DNA of 64,000 nt, from IMG/VR virus record IMGVR_UViG_3300022867_000010. One strand, 5' to 3'. The position numbers were made by a program, and so were the translations under genes. Within the stretch, counting starts at the first letter, position 1; every line of letters begins with the position of its first letter. This DNA is from an uncultured virus (IMG/VR IMGVR_UViG_3300022867_000010). Taxonomy: Duplodnaviria > Heunggongvirae > Uroviricota > Caudoviricetes. Below, piece after piece: positions 59,425-64,000 of the stretch. The notes beneath the pieces are model-generated. The model had not been told where the DNA came from, made no database searches, and was given only the letters and a program-made list of their open reading frames with translations.

Positions 59425-61140
59425 TTATTTTATGACACTAAAGTTACGAGACTTGACGAATTCTATCTTAGATCGAAACTTATCCGCGAGCATATCGCCT
59501 TTGTGAGATATGATAAAGGTGTTGCTTTCGGTGCCCAGAGTGTCCATTATCTTCATAAGGTTATCAACTGAGTCCTGATCAAGACTAGAGTCAAATGTTT
59601 CATCCAATATCAACAAGTTGGTGCTAGCGCTGTTCTTTAACTTCGCGATCTGTCGCCACGCAAATAACAAGGAAATATCAATCTTCATCTTCTCCCCTTC
59701 ACTGAATGAGGAATAGCTGAAAGCATCTCTATATCTTGATCTGATGGTCTCGTTAAAGTTTTCATCGATGTTGAAGTCCACAAAGAAGTCAAGAATCTGT
59801 AAATACTTATTTACAATAATATTCATGACAGGAAGATACTCTTTTATGATTTTTGTCTTTATGCCTGTGTCCTTCAACATCTCATTACAAGCATTAAAAT
59901 ACGTTTGCTCTTCATTAAGTTTAGATTTAGTTTCAACCATAATGTCTCTTTGATTTATAAGATCATTTAGATTTTCGGTTGCTACACCAATATCTCCATC
60001 CTGATTACTTAATTTAATGAGACCAGCATTCTTATTATTGATAATACTATTCAGTCTTTTGATAACAGACATGTTATTTCGAATGGTCCCTTTATGATCA
60101 TTCATTTTGTCCATCTCTTGCTGTAGTTCAGTCATGGCCAATTTGTTTGAATTTGAAGTATCTTCAAGAGTTGCCATTGCCTGTTGCAACTCTGTTGCTT
60201 TTGATTCACACGATCTGATATTATGATTCTTGGTATTTTCCTCAATTTGAATACCACACGAAGGACAATGATCATTGTCCGTGTAGAACTTAGCATCCTT
60301 TACTATATCATTCATTTTTTGTTTGAATTGTGCGGCGTATTCAACCAACTTAAGATTTTGATCGTTAGATTTATTCAATTCTTTTAATACCACATCAAAC
60401 CTTGTATCGATCTCTGACTGTAAGTCGCTGTTGTGTTGATCATACTTAGTTATGTCTGCTGCAAGGCTTTCAACTTCTGTCTGTATACCAACCAAAGTGT
60501 TCTGATTAAGTACTGCTACTTTGTCTATATGACCTTTCTGCATATCTATCTTGTCTTTAAGAAGATCGTTCTGATAGACAACTTCTTTTAGATGATCTTT
60601 ATTCTTATTAAGTCGATCTTTCATGATACTATTCATTTTAGAAAATATGTTTATATCTAAAAGATCTTCTATTACTTCGCGCCGATGACCAGCAGGCAGC
60701 TGCATAAACGGAATAAAAGAACTAGAACCTAAAACTACAATCTGATGAAACGATTTGTGGTTCATCTTAATTATGTTGAGTTCAAGAAACTTCTGATAAT
60801 CCCTTGCTTTTGCATCTTGGTTGATTAATGTATCATTCTGATATATTTCAAAACGAGCAGGCTTGATGCCTCGTATAATAAGAAAAGATTGCTTTCCTAT
60901 ATTAAATTCAACTTCCGCTACACAATTCTTTCCGTTAATAGAGTTTATCAGTTGTGGCTTTGTGATGTTTCTATGAGGTTTGCCAAATAGTGCAAATGAC
61001 AAAGCATCTGTCATAGTAGACTTTCCAGAACCATTCTTGCCTACAACTAGTGTAGTTTGAGATCGATCAAGAGCAATCTCAGTAAAAGCATCGCCCGTAC
61101 TGAGAAAGTTTTTATATCGAAGTTTAGTAAAGTGTATAAT
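59425..61140 (-). CDS. 46: Recombination ATPase gp46 (Rad50/SbcC-like), probable ATT start
   Basis: IHFTKLRYKNFLSTG...GKNGSGKST lies upstream of the first ATG; CPSC hook, FSEGE, ILDE and ISH motifs. Confidence 0.93.
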   Translation of the reverse strand: MIHFTKLRYKNFLSTGDAFTEIALDRSQTTLVVGKNGSGKSTMTDALSFALFGKPHRNITKPQLINSINGKNCVAEVEFNIGKQSFLIIRGIKPARFEIYQNDTLINQDAKARDYQKFLELNIIKMNHKSFHQIVVLGSSSFIPFMQLPAGHRREVIEDLLDINIFSKMNSIMKDRLNKNKDHLKEVVYQNDLLKDKIDMQKGHIDKVAVLNQNTLVGIQTEVESLAADITKYDQHNSDLQSEIDTRFDVVLKELNKSNDQNLKLVEYAAQFKQKMNDIVKDAKFYTDNDHCPSCGIQIEENTKNHNIRSCESKATELQQAMATLEDTSNSNKLAMTELQQEMDKMNDHKGTIRNNMSVIKRLNSIINNKNAGLIKLSNQDGDIGVATENLNDLINQRDIMVETKSKLNEEQTYFNACNEMLKDTGIKTKIIKEYLPVMNIIVNKYLQILDFFVDFNIDENFNETIRSRYRDAFSYSSFSEGEKMKIDISLLFAWRQIAKLKNSASTNLLILDETFDSSLDQDSVDNLMKIMDTLGTESNTFIISHKGDMLADKFRSKIEFVKSRNFSVIK

Positions 61141-61178
61141 AGGTAGTACCCCAATTCATTATGTAATTTTGCATTAAG

Positions 61179-61775
61179 TTATTTCTCATACCAATTTCTC
61201 ATCAGATTGTCTTTCCAAGGTAACATCCTTAAGTTATCTTTTTGAGACAATTCCTCAGCTGAAAGGCCGTTTTCAAATCCGAATTTAATCGTTATAATAT
61301 GGTCCAGTTGGTATCCGCCATCAACACCACATATAGTTCGGGGATGATCGTTCGGATTAATTTCCTCTTTGTACATTTCATATATTTTCTGTGTAAGTCG
61401 ATGCACTCTACCTCCAAATTTTTTAAATTCTGGCGTAGTGTCTTTGCTTTGAGCCTTACTGAATGACTCAGTCTGCGTATATGATCTATCAATATTTCGT
61501 ACTTTAGTTAGATATTCCTCATTTATATGCATACATGATCTAGAACAATATTTACGATTGCTAGATGGAACGACTAACATTAACACTCCACACTCCCCGC
61601 AAATTTTGTTATTTTTTGGCCCGTGTTTTGGTCCACTTCCAACTTGGCGCTTTGCACATATTTGATAATGCTTTAATAATCTGCTTACTGTAGGTCTAGA
61701 TATATTAAAGTTCTTCATAATTTCATCATAGGTATGGTCTTTAACCCATAATATATCTTCTTCTGATAAACGCAT
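61179..61775 (-). mobile_element. Putative free-standing HNH endonuclease with Zn finger
   Basis: CGEC...YCSRSC; YQLDHII...NLRML..KDN; TATAAATA at 61805-61798. Confidence 0.65.
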
Positions 61776-61846
61776 ATTAATCTCTTTTGTATGGAGTTAT
61801 TTATACATTTCCATTTTTCCATTTCAGTTTAGTAAAACTTATCATA

Positions 61847-62341
61847 TTAGTGCTTCCAAGTTACCGCCTGATGACCTTTATGTTTAACCATCCAGTCTGC
61901 GCAGTAACTTGCAGCAAAAGCATCTGGTTTCGCCTTGGCTTTCATGCCAGTCATACCCATTACATAACCAGTCGCTTCGTTAATAACGATACTGGAGTTA
62001 TGCTTTTTATTAGGGTTAATGTCAAGGTGGATTTCACATTCAAAGTTTTCTAATTCTTCTGCTAATTCCATATACAAACCAACGACCTTATACGACTCAT
62101 TCATAAGACGCATTCTAGGTTTTGCTTTGTTTGGGTCATAATCCCGTTCAGTATCGCTGTAACCAAATACTCTACAACCATGGCGGCCGCTAAGATGAAT
62201 TACCACCACGGTAGTATATCTGGCATACCACGTATTGCCTTTCTTATACTTAACGGAGTCACAACCTAAATAGATCTTTGAGTCGTCCTCTACTGTGGTA
62301 AGGAATTCTTTAATTTCTTCAATTTCAATCTGATTAAACAT
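61847..62341 (-). CDS. RNase H-fold protein
   Basis: IYLGCDS...RL..E...EIHLDIN...AASYCAD. Confidence 0.75.
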   Translation of the reverse strand: MFNQIEIEEIKEFLTTVEDDSKIYLGCDSVKYKKGNTWYARYTTVVVIHLSGRHGCRVFGYSDTERDYDPNKAKPRMRLMNESYKVVGLYMELAEELENFECEIHLDINPNKKHNSSIVINEATGYVMGMTGMKAKAKPDAFAASYCADWMVKHKGHQAVTWKH

Positions 62342-62344
62342 TAT

Positions 62345-63406
62345 TTAAACTACCTCTAAATTTAAAGCCTCAATGTAGACTTCTTGCATCAATTGCTTGA
62401 TTCTTTCTTTATTCAAATCCGTTTCTACATTCATCACGTAACCATCCAATAACTCCGTGGTATCTTCTACCGTAATGTTATTGTCTGAGGTGTTCATCCC
62501 TGCAAATTCATCGAACGATTCCGCGATCTTTAGATCATGGACGCCCACATCATTAATCCTATCAACAAACTTATCAAAAGAGTAAGGGTCGGATTTATGT
62601 ACAACCACGATCTTTATAAATTTGTCTGTGAACTTTTGCACATCAACTGTGCTATAGTCGGTGGTCTTATCATCATATATTATCTTCTCAAATAGAGTCA
62701 CCGAATTATGTACTGGACTCATGATTCGAGTATCTGTATCAAATATATGGAAATACTTAGGATCATGAGCATCAGCCCATGTAAATTCAAGTTGTGACCC
62801 AAGATATGTTATATTGCCCTGAGAAGACTTTGTATGAAAGTGCCCAGACCACACCTGTTCAAAGCGCTTGAATGCCTCCATACCCATACCATGCTGGTTT
62901 TTAATACCTTTCATCATATCAAAACCCACCAACTCTAGGTGTGCTCCAAGAAAGTCTGCTTTACAGTTCTGCACAAAGTTCATGCTTTCTTTATAGTTAT
63001 AGTTATTAATCCACGGCAACAGGGCAATATTGCAACCGTCATAGTTCATAACCCGTGGCTCCATTACTATATTTATCTCGTTCATGTAATGACCTAGCAA
63101 CTCTTTTAGTGAACAAAGATCGTTGTCATTCTTATAAAAAACATCATGATTCCCAGGTATGATATCCATAGTGATACCAAACTTCTTTAGGTTGTCTAGA
63201 AAGTGCTTACGATTTTCGTGAAGTGCTTTAAAGTTTATAAACTTTCGGTGGTCGTAATAGTCACCCAGATGAATAATTGTAGTGATGCCATGTTTAACTA
63301 AATAAGGAAAAAACACATTCTCATAAAAGTCGGCCTGATACCTAATAAAGATCTCAGACGAGTTTCGTATACCACAATGAGTATCATTTAAAAATGCAAT
63401 TTTCAT
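62345..63406 (-). CDS. 47: Recombination endonuclease gp47 (Mre11/SbcD-like)
   Basis: DTH.G, HLGD, GNHD and SGHFH motifs. Confidence 0.95.
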   Translation of the reverse strand: MKIAFLNDTHCGIRNSSEIFIRYQADFYENVFFPYLVKHGITTIIHLGDYYDHRKFINFKALHENRKHFLDNLKKFGITMDIIPGNHDVFYKNDNDLCSLKELLGHYMNEINIVMEPRVMNYDGCNIALLPWINNYNYKESMNFVQNCKADFLGAHLELVGFDMMKGIKNQHGMGMEAFKRFEQVWSGHFHTKSSQGNITYLGSQLEFTWADAHDPKYFHIFDTDTRIMSPVHNSVTLFEKIIYDDKTTDYSTVDVQKFTDKFIKIVVVHKSDPYSFDKFVDRINDVGVHDLKIAESFDEFAGMNTSDNNITVEDTTELLDGYVMNVETDLNKERIKQLMQEVYIEALNLEVV

Positions 63407-63639
63407 GATAGATCTTTACTTTCAGGCCAGTTTCTGAGTCCTTTGCTTTTCAATTCAAGATCAGTCATTATCTTAATAACATAATCTGACGCGTTATTAA
63501 GATTTAGTCGAATTGAATATTCATCAACATTGTGGCCAAATGGCTGGTCATTTCTTACTAGCATTTCAAATGCTTCTGTATATCTATTAGAAGATAATAG
63601 ATATGTTTTGTATTTTGCCTTCATAAAAATGTTGCTCAA
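63403..63639 (-). CDS. Hypothetical protein
   Basis: ORF overlapping the gp47 start. Confidence 0.4.
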   Translation of the reverse strand: MSNIFMKAKYKTYLLSSNRYTEAFEMLVRNDQPFGHNVDEYSIRLNLNNASDYVIKIMTDLELKSKGLRNWPESKDLS

Positions 63640-63822
63640 ATTAAAGTTTGTTAGTTATCATTGTCGCTAATATCCCAATCCTGTCGTTCCGAATCCATTC
63701 GAGAATCATTAAATGCCGTCATATATTTTGTAGATACCAATTCAGTTTTTACTGCTGAATCTGATTTTACTACCACAACCTCTTGAAGTTTTACGTTATC
63801 TTCGGGTGTATAAAACATATTT

Positions 63823-64000
63823 CTACCTATTGAATGTGAATAATTCCAACCCTTCTTTTTTAGCTTTTTGTGCTTTCTTCTCAGCTTTTATCTTTTTCTT
63901 GGTAAACCCATCGTCTTCCTTTACTCTTTGAATTCGTGATCTTAAATCATCGACAAAGGTATGATCAATGCTACTTAAATGGTTTAGTTCTTCATCATTT
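63823..64000 (-). CDS. 55: Probable C-terminus of late sigma factor gp55 (partial)
   Basis: FVDDLRSRI...Lys-rich...GLELF tail; synteny upstream of gene 47. Confidence 0.55.
   Translation of the reverse strand, partial: NDEELNHLSSIDHTFVDDLRSRIQRVKEDDGFTKKKIKAEKKAQKAKKEGLELFTFNR

Noticed and set aside
90..62053. The many plus-strand ORFs in the ORF track
   Set aside because: They are antisense shadows of clear minus-strand genes or tRNAs, with no motifs; only the GIY-YIG remnant at 52831 is credible.
1..64000. Alternative genetic code
   Set aside because: Core genes are full length in the standard code and all three stop codons are used.

Overview
A 64-kb, AT-rich segment of a large T4-like myovirus genome, coded almost entirely on the minus strand. 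It carries the T4 replication and recombination core (gp55 C-terminus, gp47, gp46, gp45, gp44, gp62, regA, gp43, uvsX, gp41, rnh, gp39/gp52 topoisomerase, gp30 ligase), nucleotide metabolism genes (nrdA, nrdB, thyX, dCMP deaminase, dNMP kinase), phoH, a CobS/vWA pair, three tRNA genes and several homing endonuclease genes or remnants. Most notable: (1) two split-intein genes, a fractured nrdA with an intervening HNH gene and a P-loop kinase split inside its Walker A motif; (2) eleven late genes starting with a T4 capsid-targeting-like peptide, including an operon of predicted enzymes; (3) ten sigma70 promoters with a 16-bp palindrome exactly 10, 20 or 30 bp upstream of the -35 box; (4) two antisense promoters followed by the same G-rich leader; (5) three SpoT-like HD hydrolases; (6) a UDP-xylose pathway with a GREB1/TAGT-like glycosyltransferase beside the DNA polymerase gene. 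All calls come from motif recognition by eye; no database searches were run.
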